DNA from: Raillietiella orientalis
Taxonomy: Eukaryota
Assembly: GCA_036172245.1 (NCBI GenBank)
Contig: JAYWIR010000034.1
Span: forward strand, 1,240,001 to 1,304,000
DNA length: 64,000 nt
Reading direction: 5' to 3'
Shown in pieces: positions 53,327 to 64,000 of the stretch; position 1 is the first letter of the stretch; each line of letters begins with the position of its first letter. Below the pieces are notes generated by a model that was not told where the DNA came from, ran no database searches, and was given only the letters and a program-made list of their open reading frames with translations. The position numbers and the translations under genes were made by a program.

Positions 53327-54679
53327 CTCTGCTACAGTTTATAAAAGCCGCAAAATTGCGAAATTTGCACACCGTTCCATAAATGGCGACTTTTGCTGCA
53401 CAAACACGTGCATCAGACGCGAACTGAATCCCCTCTGATTGGACCGATCAAACATTTGGAAATTCCAACTTATTTTATACATACGTCCGTACATTTAAAA
53501 ACATACATACCTCATGCTTTCCCGGTGCGAGGTGCTTTGTGCTGGGGAAGCTGTTCTCCAGTTAATTATCGATTGGGAATGGGTTTATTATTAGGAGAAA
53601 GGGCAAGGCGTTGATGACTTATCTCGAGCAACCGTAAGTTGCCCACAAATGGAAAAATCTGCCACCAAGGTACCAAGGTTTCATTTCATTTCCTAGCTCT
53701 GCACTTGGGAATTGTCACTTTATTCTGCCTTCGACCTACAGCACTCTTGATAAACAAGTGTAGAAGGATGCAAATCGGTGCATTTCCTGTCCTCCACGCT
53801 ATGCAGTTTTCAATTGGATTGACCTTTCGATCCGCCTTGTGTTTTTACAGGGAGGTTTCTGGAAAACAGGTTAGGGCGATCGAGATTTTTCAAAAATCTC
53901 ACTGCCCTTCGATCTGTTACAGTTGCAAAGTAGGATTCACGGCTGAGCAATTACTACTCTTACAAGACAAACAGCAAAATTAAGAACGAATGCAAAGCAT
54001 GCTGTTTCTGGAAGGCAAACATGATTTCCTTTACATGAAATGAGTGCATATAGTTTTATTTCCTTTTTAATTTCCTGTGTTGTACGCTCTTCGTCATGTA
54101 CTCATCCCAAGTATTAGACACGTAACGTGTATGGCTTCATGAAGAATCGAAAGGAAGGAGGCGACAGGACAGGAGTCATGTCTTTCAATGATGCTTTGTG
54201 GCAGAAAGGTTTTCCAAAGTGCAGGCTACGATTCCGAGCTCTCCTAGGCAAGGAAATGAGAAAGGAACATACTCCAATGTTTGCCTAACACTTTATGCAT
54301 CCCATTCTGCCGAACGAGTTTGTGCAGTTCTCTTGGAATACAAGGCCTGCTGAGAGATGTACGCCAATTTCTAGGACTATTGTCACTGGTAATGGAAGCC
54401 CCAATGCACATATAGTTCGTAAATCATAAATGGATCCAGAACTTGTCGTAGTGAAAAGAAAAAGAAATGAAAAGAAATCCTTAATAATAATTTGTTAGGA
54501 AGCTGAAAACTGTTCTTTTTTCTCTTCAAAACAGTCAATTGCCATATTCCGCAACACTCCAATACCCTGTAACAGCAAAGCTCAAACTATCATCCAACGC
54601 ACCCTTTAAAAAAAAAAGAAGAAGCAATTCTTTATCTACTGCAATAATTCTTTTTTGATGCAAATTCTTCCGTATCGCT

Positions 54680-55690
54680 CTAGCTCGAGTGCAGATATGT
54701 CATGAATGCGACCGGGAGGCCCAAGCGCTCCAGGAGTTCCAGAAGAAGCTCCTGGTTAACGCAATCGAATGCTTTGTACAAGAGGACTAGGACCTCAAGG
54801 GTTACCAATCCGGCCCAACCTAACCCCCTCTGACCGAGGAATTCCGGATGCCAATCTTGCCCGCTCCATGTTGGTGCTCTAACCATAGTTAGCGTAGAAC
54901 AGGTTGGAATCCGTACTTCTCTCGGAAATAGCGTAAGACTGCTCCGGGCTTACGGAGCAGACAAGCTACTTCAAACAGCCAGGTCTGGCGCTCGGCCCTC
55001 GCCTTGCACTCCGCGAGGCGCCGGACGTTCTCTCGCATGGAGAAAGTTCAGGCCTGCTACTCTTTGCCATGCCTTCTCCGAAGCCGCGCGGAGCCAGGCG
55101 CAAAGGAAACCGGCAGCAGAGCTCGCGGACCGATCTCTTCAGATCGTCCCAGTCCGAGAGCACACGTATAGCAAAGCCCCGGAGGAACTGACGAGGATGT
55201 TTTGTCAACTCCGAGTGGCTAAGCCAGTCTGCTGGCCTCCTCCAAACGTTGTTCGGAGGTCTATTGCCCGGTGGGAGAATCTTGAACTCCAGGTTGGGAT
55301 GGTCGGAGAGCACGGACAGCCCACTACCCACTAGGGTGAGCAGGTGTTCGTCGAGGAACACGTAGTCCGGCAACCCCTGCATCCCAGGTTCGCCAGCAAG
55401 TAGGTTTTGCGTGTGCACGGACGCGCATACCTCGCTCACCGGCTGCTTTTCCCTCAGGTGGGAAGTAGGTGGACCCCTGCATCGCGTGTGCCACACTGGG
55501 GCCGGAGTCGGCGAGTCATTGACTCTGCAGGCCAACGAGGAACTGGATGTCGGAGGAGCGTTCTCTCAGCGTACCGTGCACCCCCGTGCGTCGCGCGTAT
55601 ATGTTCGTGACGACGGGGTTGATCGATTCGGACACAAGTTGAGCACAAGTTGGGTCATTCGACCTTCCTCGTCGAACGAACGTTGTGGAG
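54680..55690 (-). mobile_element. Tx1/L1-like LINE fragments (AP endonuclease C-terminal half and an RT piece), decayed
   Basis: APE-like motifs DEEGRM..VVTNIYA, PDYVFL..VLSDH..W..WDDLK. The RT piece KAFDCVNQELLLELLERLGLP (54680-54780) is paralogous to ~59033-59100. Confidence 0.7.
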
Positions 55691-56345
55691 CACCCCTTGG
55701 TGTGTTTCGGCCGCCTCCTCGCCAGACGTGTATCCGGAACGGGAGGACTTGCATCTCATCTTTTATGCTGTGGAAAGAAGATAAGAAGATGTGGCCTTCT
55801 CCTCGGACACATAGCCACCCTGGCGAAGGAGAATGGGTGGATGATCTGCAGCCCCGTCAACTCCAGCGCATGGCTGGAAGAAACAGTTGGAACGTGGGCG
55901 AAGTTAAACCAGTCAAGTGGTGAATCCTGGAACCGCCTGCGACCCGGCATCTATACCCGCTGCACGCCGTGGAACATGATCGAGTGTCCTGCCAGAAGCA
56001 CGTGGGCAGCGACGACCCCACTGACCACGGCGCTGCCCTACCTGAGGAGGGCGCTCGGCAGCAGCCGGACGCCGAGGTGGCAAGTCTTATTCCGGATAGC
56101 GGGCAAGGAGAAGGAGTTAAGTGGGTGGACCATGAGGGAACTGGCTGACGCCGCGACCCCAAGCGTTCTCCCGCGAGGAATCCAGAGATGGGGCGAGCTG
56201 CTGGGCATCCCGCTGGATGACCTAAAGTGGCCCCCGTTATTTAGAGACGCATCCACCCTCCCCCTCAAGTGGCAGGAAACGGCGCTGCTGTTGTTGCACT
56301 GGGGTCTTCCCTGCAACGCGCGCCGCCACCACTGGACGTTGGGGA
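55690..56345 (+). mobile_element. Tx1/L1-like ORF2 C-terminal fragment (separate copy)
   Basis: The translation (ENGWMIC..AWLEETVGTWAKLN..WTMRELADAATPS..RWGELLGI..LPLKWQETALLLLHWGL) aligns with ~59870-60530. Confidence 0.75.
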
Positions 56346-56537
56346 ACGTGGGACAGAAGGTTTCGGCGAAGGATTAAGGAATGACGGCGCGTACCTACAC
56401 GCCCGTCCCCACTCCAGGAATCCAGACGTCCGACGCCTGGAGGAATATAAAGCTGGGGCTGAGAGACAGGCCTGGCAATCCGGGTCGGCCAGCTTGCTGG
56501 ACGCGCAAGGCCGAGAGTGCTCAGCCCCAGCACAGGT

Positions 56538-57805
56538 TTTTATTTAAGAAAATTTGATTACAATGAATACATTTGCAGGAGGGCTTTAACTTCTCTCCTT
56601 ATCTTTCAACCGGGCTCATGGATATAGATGGCTTATGGGAGTTCCCTCTGTTCTGGCATCTTGGATAGGGCGTCGTCTGGAAGATGCCCTAATCGATGCG
56701 TCCAGTAGATGTCCCTGCTGTATTGGATACATGATGCGACCATCAGCTTGCGCGATCGGTCGCAATAACGACGGGGGATTCTCAGTTCCTTGAGAACTGC
56801 ATCATTCTTTGGATCCCAAGATCCAAGAGAGCCAACCAAGATGGCACGGGCTTCCGCGCTGCATCCAATTCTTCTATAGAATTGGACGATGTCCTGGTAC
56901 TTGTCCTCTTTATCCCTTCTTGTTGTAATGAAGGCGTCCTCCTTGTTCTCAAATGGACAAGATATTTCCAGGAAAACGACCGAATTAGCCTTTTGCAAGA
57001 CTAAATCCGGCCGCAGCGTGCTAAATCCTTCTACTGTCTGGTTTGCAGACAAAAGCTTCCATTCTGCGACGTCTATTGCTGCATTCTTCATTCGTCGCAC
57101 TATTTCATCATAGCGTGCTGTATAGACACGAGAGTGCCTCATGCAGTGATTAAGTACATGAGGCAGCGTCTCATCTCGGAGGTTACACCTCCTACAGCTT
57201 CTTTCCGCTGGAGGTCTCCTCTTCACACCACGAATGGGTACGAGATTCAACCTCGCGGCATGGATGAAGCGGTAATCTGCAAAACGCAGATATTCTCCGT
57301 TGTTTAGAAAATAGCTGGATGCACGATGCAATCCTACACATCGCATGCCTTTCCCTTGGTCAATGTGCTTTTCAATAAGGTCAAGCCATGCCTGATGTCT
57401 TTGGGCATCGCGAATCGCAGCAGTGATTCTCCTGCGCATCGACGTATCAAAATTTAGGTCCATTATCTGGAGTTTAACATCTTGATCTTCAAAACTCCAT
57501 TTTGCATGCATCTGGGAAGATGCTAGGCGATCAGTGGTCCAGAGACTCTTGATATCTCCACTGGCCCTTGAGAATTTGCCTGAGCAATCTCCAGTCATAA
57601 ATCTTGCCATGTCTTCTTCCGTGGGTAGTTGCAGAATTCTTTTCTGCACTACCTCCCGTAGGGAGTCCTTGGCAAGATGTTTGACCGTTTCATCGGGAGA
57701 TGTGAGGAGCTTAAAGCAACTGTCGATCATGAAGGTGTCCGCTTCATCTAACAGTCGCATCAGCTCCATACATCCCATTGATCTTAGCCAAAAGGCCGAG
57801 AAGCG
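56538..57805 (-). mobile_element. 5'-truncated NeSL/Utopia-like (R2 group, RLE) non-LTR retrotransposon with 11-bp TSD
   Basis: Open 381-aa ORF 57778-56633: LRFADYRFIHAARLNL, CRRC..ETLPHVLNHC, RYDEI, RPDLV, EISCPFEN, KEDKY, VGSLGSW. The 3' end is AAATAAAAA. The TSD CCAGCACAGGT lies at 56527-56537 and 57806-57816. Confidence 0.9.
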
Positions 57806-58455
57806 CCAGCACAGGTGAGCCTCATCTTGCAGGATCTTAACTCCTCTTTATACGCGCGAAGAACAATAGAGCACGCCTTTGCGCAGCGATTGCTGCCGGA
57901 GGGAGCCCGCGCGTTGAAGGAGCAGGATCGCCATCAACTGCAGGAGCCTCTCTCGATGGAGGAGATCATATCTGCCATCGGAATGCTCAAGAAACGTAAG
58001 GCACCAGGGGAAGATGGCCTGCCCGCAGAGTTCTACCAACGCTTCGCGGTGGTAGAACTGGTGCACAAACTCTGCATGCTGATTCGAGAACAAGGGGACG
58101 TCCCCATGTCGTTCCGGTCAGGTAAATTACGTCTCCTGCCGAAAGGAGGAGACTCTCGCAACCTAGGCAACTGGCGTCCCATCATAGTAGTGAATGCGGA
58201 TGCGAAGTTGCTTGCCAAACTTTGGGCTGAGCGACTGGGGCAGGTGGCGGATTCCGTGGCGAGTCCGGAGCAGACGTACGCTGTTCCAGGACGATCCAAA
58301 GAGGCCAACCTCTTCCTCGCCAGTACATGGTGGCAGTTGCAACAACGCGAAGCATAGGGAGGTCAAGAGAATCCTGGATTCTCCTCTGACCAGGGAGGGG
58401 AAGTCCTTGGTGGAAGAGCCGCGCTCGGAGCGGTGGATTTGCGTAAAGCTTTCGA

Positions 58456-59031
58456 TTTTCACCCGGGTTTTGCCGAGGCGTTTATTATTACAACAAACTT
58501 TAACAAAGATGTGCTGTGGCTGGACCAGTGCTCCAACCACGCACGAAGAAACACAGAGCCTTCCGGGTCAACGGTTCGCAGACCGGTACGGTCCACAACG
58601 GCAGCAGGGAGAAGGGAGGATAAACAAAAAGCTAAACAAAATGAAAAGAAAACGCGGGAGAGTATGGGAAGGGATCACTGTTGCTGCTGGGACCGTTGCA
58701 TCCTTCTCAGGATTCCGGCAAGCTCTCTCTGCATTCGTGGATCCAGATGGGGTCATCGCGACGCCCTCTTCAAAAATTCGGCGGCATGCTGGATGGCACC
58801 CTTATCGCGAGCTCCTCCCGTAGCCTTGCTCCAAGCGGCGCCGATCCCGCGAAGGCAGCACAGGGCTGCTAACGAGACCGCAGACCGAAGGGCGTCGGCA
58901 ACGAAGAGGGCTTTCAAAGCGTCCCTGGGATTGCCGCAGGGGATTCCGATGGCCGCGAAGTAGCCAAAGGGGCCAAAGGGTAACACAATCCACAAGTAGG
59001 TGGGGGAGGGACTCCCGTTCCCCCTCAATTA
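58456..59031 (-). mobile_element. 3' fragment of a related Tx1-like LINE inserted into the host KAFD motif, 6-bp TSD
   Basis: TTTCGA at 58450-58455 and 59032-59037. It encodes HLLVDC..LCCLRGI..ELAGILRRMQRSQQQQ*, homologous to the host C-terminus, and ends AATAAACGCCTCGGCAAAACCCGGGTGAAAA. Confidence 0.85.
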
Positions 59032-60750
59032 TTTCGACTGCGTCGACCAAGAACTCCTTCTGGAGCTCCTGGAACGCTTGGGATTTCCGGACGTCTTTCT
59101 GGCTTACCTGCGCTCCTGCTGGAGCTTCGCGCTAATTAACATTACTTTCAGCGGTCGGCACGTATACGGCGTGCCGCTTCGCCGCAGCATAAGGCAGGGT
59201 GATAGTCTGAGCCTCCTGCTCTTTAGCATCTACTTCGAGTTGGTGCTGAAAGCATACGAGGAGACTCTGGCAACCCTCCCGAGCTCGTGTTCCGGCAGGC
59301 CTGCCGTGTCCGGCCTATGCCGACGACCTTCTGCTCCTGCTCCTCGGGTCCACCCCAGCATCGGCGCTCGAAGGTTTCTTTGAGCGCGCGGGACGGGTCT
59401 GGAGGTGAACAGTGAGAAATCTTCAATACTTCCATCGAATACGTCGTGGGGCGGACGGCCAGATTGGATCCGCTTGGGGATCCCCACGGTCAGTTACATC
59501 CAGTACTTTGGCGTTCCGTTGGAGGACTTCTGCGTTGCAGAAGCCTGATCCGACCGCCTCCAAAAAGTGGAATTGGCGATCGGCCCATTCCAGAACGGCA
59601 AGTTTTATTTGCCGGAACCGGCCGCGGTGTGGAGCGCTTTCTCAGCCCCCCTCCTTCGTCCTCTACTTTTTGTTTGCCCCCTTCCACCGATCTTGCAAAA
59701 AAGGACCGAGGTCCTCCTAAGAAAAGCCCTCTGGGGCAGATGAGGGTCCCGTGTCTGCTTGAAAGACATGTGCGCTTCACGCAGGGGCGGTGGATTGGGC
59801 CTTCTAACGCTGGAGCGCATGGAGCTGCGGCTCCAATTCAGAAGACTCTCCATTGCGGCGAAGTTTTGGACTACACCTTGGTATGCAAACCCGCACGACT
59901 CCTCACCAGCAGAGCGACCGGCTGCGAAGGATTGTCCTCGATCATCCTGGCCTACCAGCGCAACCTCAACAACTGTGGCCATCAGCTGCGCCAGATGGTC
60001 GCCCTGATGAGGGAGAATAACTGGATCCCCTGCCTCCCCGCGAACTGCACTGCCTGGCTTCAGGAGTCAGTTTTTGCGTGGGCGAAGATCAACGGCACGA
60101 GCAAGGCGGAGTACAACTGTCTCCGTCGAGGACCCAACGCTCGACGGCCCCTGCAGGAGATAATCAACAACCCACGGAAGTTTCTGTGGATTTCTTTGAC
60201 CCCACTTGCCCCCGTGCTGTCCTCCCTCAAGAACACTAGGAACAGCAACGAGCGAGCATTATGGGAAGTGTCCTGCCTCATCCGAGACAGGAGAAAACCG
60301 TTGAAGACGTGGACGACTCGGGAGCTAGCGGACGCTGCGACCCCGAGCATCCCGTCTAAAGGACTTGTGCGCTGGAGCGAGCTGCTCGGCATACTCCGGA
60401 GGAGGTGAAGTGGCCCCCAGCGTGTTGGGATAGTCTCACGCTCTCCTTGGAATGGCAGGAGATGGCTCTGCTGGTGTTCCATTGGGGACTCCTTTGCAAA
60501 GCACGCCTCCCCCACTGGACATTAGGGAGTGTGGATGCCAATTGTGTAGGGTGCGGGGAACGGTAGACCTTTCTCCACCTCATCATCGAGTGTGTTGCCC
60601 TTCGACCTATGTGGAATCGACTGTCGTCGATTTTGGACATTCCCGTGGGCGACCCGAAGGACACTTTCCGTCGCCTCCTGATGCAGAACGCGCTGCCAGC
60701 AGCCGCGTGTGTAGCAGTTCTCTGCTGCATACGCGGGATCCTGGAGAAGT

Positions 60751-60965
60751 TTTTCACCCGGTCACGCCGGGGCGTTTATTGAAAATAAACCGGTCAAAGA
60801 CGATGTCCTTAACCAAAGAAACGACAAGGAGCAAAGAGAAGTTACCGGCACACAGGCCTGGTTAACAAACCGCTTCCAACAACACTGAGGGAGTAGAGGG
60901 ATAACACACACAAAAAAAAAAAAAAAATCTGGAGGGAGGGGTAACGGGTCTTTGGTGAAGCTCCG
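60751..60965 (-). mobile_element. 3'-UTR-only insertion of a related Tx1-like LINE, 9-bp TSD
   Basis: TGGAGAAGT at 60742-60750 and 60966-60974. It ends AATAAACGCCCCGGCGTGACCGGGTGAAAA, and the host ORF (..RGILEK|WTASRR..) resumes after removal. Confidence 0.85.
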
Positions 60966-62910
60966 TGGAGAAGTGGACTGCGTCAAGGAGAGGCCGCAGC
61001 AGTCGGAATGCCATTCACTGGGCGGCTCTCAACATTGAGAGAGCTTCCCGATGGCCCCGGTTAAGAAGATTACGTCCAGCACTTGTCCGCATCCTGAATA
61101 GGATGCAGAGGACCACTCGGGGCGAACAGTGATCCTTTTTCAGCCCTCCCCTTCTCTGAAACATCTCCCTCCCCTTGGTTTTTGTTTGATTTTTTTGTTT
61201 TTCTTTGTGTTTTTCCCTTCCCTATCGCCTCCAGAGAGGACCTCAGCGGCCTGCGGGCCGGCAGCGGCAAGTGTGTCAAGACAGGCAGAACCACGTGTTC
61301 TGCTGCACATAATTATAAGACTTTATTGTGGAATTTTCATCATAAAAATTTTAATAATAAATTCCCCGTGATATCCGGGTGATAAACATCAGGGGGCGTT
61401 CCGTTTGCTGCCGCGGCCATGGCAACGGCAGCGAAACTTCTCAACGTTGGCGAGGCAGAACCAGAAGAGGCATGCATCTTTTTCGGCGGAGAACCGGCAT
61501 AGGAGACTGCTTCCTCCACTTTTATTACTTCCTGTGTGGACCCATTTTTTATGAAAAATGATGCAAAACACACACAAGGAAAAACGGAAATTCGAACACT
61601 CAAGCAAAGCGACACCAATACACGTCTGCACTCGCTGCTGCGTGATAATCGAACGCATGGTTCTCCTGCCAAGTTGTATATTGAAACTTTCAAGAATAAA
61701 CAAAAAAAAAAAGTAATTAAAGAATGCTGTTTAGGACACCAGTTCTTGCCCAAGTCCGAAGAATTCTGGATGAGCTGGAGACAAGTCTGGTGACTTGCCA
61801 GTGAGGTCCACCTCAGAGAAGTAGGGGGAGTGTCAAATAAAGAAAAAAAAAAGTATGCACCCTTTCATGTGGGGAGCAGAGTAAAAGCGGAAGAGTTATC
61901 AGTCTTGCTCCAGGGTTCTCTGCATCCCATATAGGATGCTGATGGGTTCCATTTTCGAATTCGTTAGGTAAGGTAATCAGTCAGAATTTCTGAAACCGGG
62001 CACACCAGATAACCAAAGCCTCAAGATGCCAACTCTGGGTTTTGGCGATAGTATGGAAGATTCGAGCTTTCAGTTTACTCACAAGTGAGCATCCTAGTTC
62101 ATCAGCCCTGGTACCTTTTTTCTAGACGCCAATACTTCAAATCAGTTCCCTAATTTAAAATTGGACAGCTGTCTGATGCATCCCATGTCATTCTGTTTGT
62201 TCCATTCTTCTCTGTGTCGAATGTCATTTGTGCAAGCAGTTCCAAGTTACTTTTCTGTTTCTGGGGCTCACTACATGAGTCCAATGGACTGCTACTGCTG
62301 GTCATCCTGCTCTTTATCAGATGCGCTATTCATCTTCCCAGTCGTGCGGAAATGATTTGCAATGGCTGCAAGGTAGCGCCTGAGACTGCAATTTGGATCA
62401 GTGTAGAGAAAAATGAGAGATAACGAGTACACAGAGAACAGCGAAGCAAGACAGGTGAACAAAATAAATAAACGAATAACAATTCCACCTGACTCTGATT
62501 CGTGCTCTTGCATGTGAGTTACAATGCAAATCATTTAACGACTGCTCTTGTCAAACTTGCCTGAAGAAAGAGGTGGAAGCAAATCAAAGTCGTGGAAAAT
62601 CTGAAAATGGACATGTAAACGTCCAACTTGTAAAAGGGGACCACCGATATGATTCCGCACTCATTTCTGAGCCTCGCATACCATGCAGTGATAAGGCAGG
62701 CAGCTAATTTTTGTCGTGTTTGTGAATGTTTTAGCGCAGCCAAAGCTGCATCTATCTTGGATTCCCAATCCATTTTGATTTCTCGACGTGTCTCCTGAAT
62801 GAACTTCACAACTGTTGGAGAAATCGCACCTTAAGAATCTTTGAAAAGCAGCTCGGTGAACGAAGTGGGAACCAAAGCACGCGTGCACCCTTGGAATCAC
62901 TTCAAATCTC

Positions 62911-62943
<33 letters not shown>

Positions 62944-63374
62944 GTGTCACGATGTGGAATTTCGCTCCCTTATAACACGAAAACAAAACTTGCATTTCCG
63001 AATACGACAGATCCCGGTAAGACGCTTCGCGCTGTGCAAATCCGCGTTATACAAGCCCAATGGGTATTCATCATAGCATGAATGTATCCTAAACATCATA
63101 ACAGCAGAATACCTATTATTTCTTTTTAATACAAAAAGAAACAACGATCAAAGTGTTTATTTATTATTTAACTCAAAGTAAAAAAGAAAAAGGCCTGCTT
63201 TGTTGATGTGTAACGAATTGAAACGGTTCTTTTCAGCTCCTTTCGTTTCTGCTCTGTCACTTTGGTTATGCAGCAGCTCAACCTGCCTTAATCATATCTC
63301 TGTATTTCCTCAGAAACAGCTGAAGGGAACTTACATCGCAAAATTAAATTTGCTCACAGAGCCATACGGAACGG

Positions 63375-63454
63375 ATTCACCGCGTTATACAAGCATCGCG
63401 GCCAGCTTTCCGTCGCGTTATACGAATGAGCGTTATACGGGGTCCTAATGTATA
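63375..63454 (-). mobile_element. Solo terminal inverted repeat of a pogo/Tigger-like DNA transposon or MITE
   Basis: The reverse complement reads TA-CATTAGGACCCCGTATAACG, resembling TA-CAGTAG..CCCG.ATAACG ends. Subterminal GCGTTATAC repeats occur three times, with another at ~63043. The partner TIR was not found. Confidence 0.45.
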
Positions 63455-64000
63455 CTTACTTTGCCGATTGATGCATCTGGCCTGGCATTCAGTCAGTTTC
63501 CATAGAGATCAGTCTCTCAGACTCCGGACTGTCGGCCATCATGTTATTGATGGAACAGTGATCTATTTTCAGTGATCTATTTTCAGTTGCCTCAGCAGGG
63601 CCCAGGTCAGCTACTCATTTCTTATGAGAGAACCACCATTTGGTTTCACGTCGAAAGGCATTTTCCACCTTTGATCTCAGAAATTCTCTCGGAACATGAA
63701 AGAAGATCTTTCGAAGCTGACGCTGATCCTTGCATCACTACCTCCGTTACTACCTCCTTAAAATGAAAATGCAAACATGTCGTTGCCTTCGTGTTCGTCT
63801 TTGGGCATTTGCATTGAAGACCGCTTCTTTTTTGCATTCCTTTCTGGATCACGGATGCAATTCTTCACGATGCTCAATTCCTGACTAGCTACTCAAAGCT
63901 TCTGTGCTTTCAAGTCTGCTCCACTCACTCTGAAACCCGTTCTGAGGAGGACTTCCAAAGTTTCTCCATCTACTCATAAACCTTAAGATGATTATCTTAA

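Larger units (their letters stand above)
56350..61386 (+). mobile_element. 5'-truncated Tx1/L1-like LINE (ORF2 RT to 3' end), interrupted by three insertions
   Basis: KAPGEDGLPAEFY, LGNWRPI..DAKLLAK, VDLRKAFD|CVDQ, IRQGDSLS, YADD, C..C..H..C, stop near 61132, 3' UTR ending AATAAA..CCGGGTGATAAA. Frameshifted. Confidence 0.85.

Overview
Eukaryotic (invertebrate, probably ecdysozoan; many 40-50 nt GT-AG introns) genomic DNA. Genes resolved by hand-splicing: the 3' part of a Myt1/ztf-11-type C2HC zinc-finger gene (+), guanylate kinase (-), VPS25 (-), tRNA-Ser(CGA), an intron-containing tRNA-Ile(TAT), a Cys-type GPx7-like peroxidase (+) and a selenophosphate synthetase (-). The SPS has an in-frame TGA at the catalytic site, a GGGTGC hexamer, an SRE-like hairpin and a candidate 3' SECIS; the ORF track misses its first four exons. 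At 44.2-47.2 kb an intact but catalytically altered pogo/DDE_1 ORF is followed by a spliced, catalytically dead Merlin/IS1595 (ISXO2)-type transposase gene, and phase-compatible splice sites could fuse the two into one protein. At 54.7-61.7 kb there is a nested non-LTR retrotransposon cluster: Tx1/L1-like pieces plus a NeSL/Utopia-like RLE element, with three TSD-flanked insertions, all antisense to their host. Family assignments rest on recalled motifs, not database searches; coordinates and RNA folds were worked out by hand.
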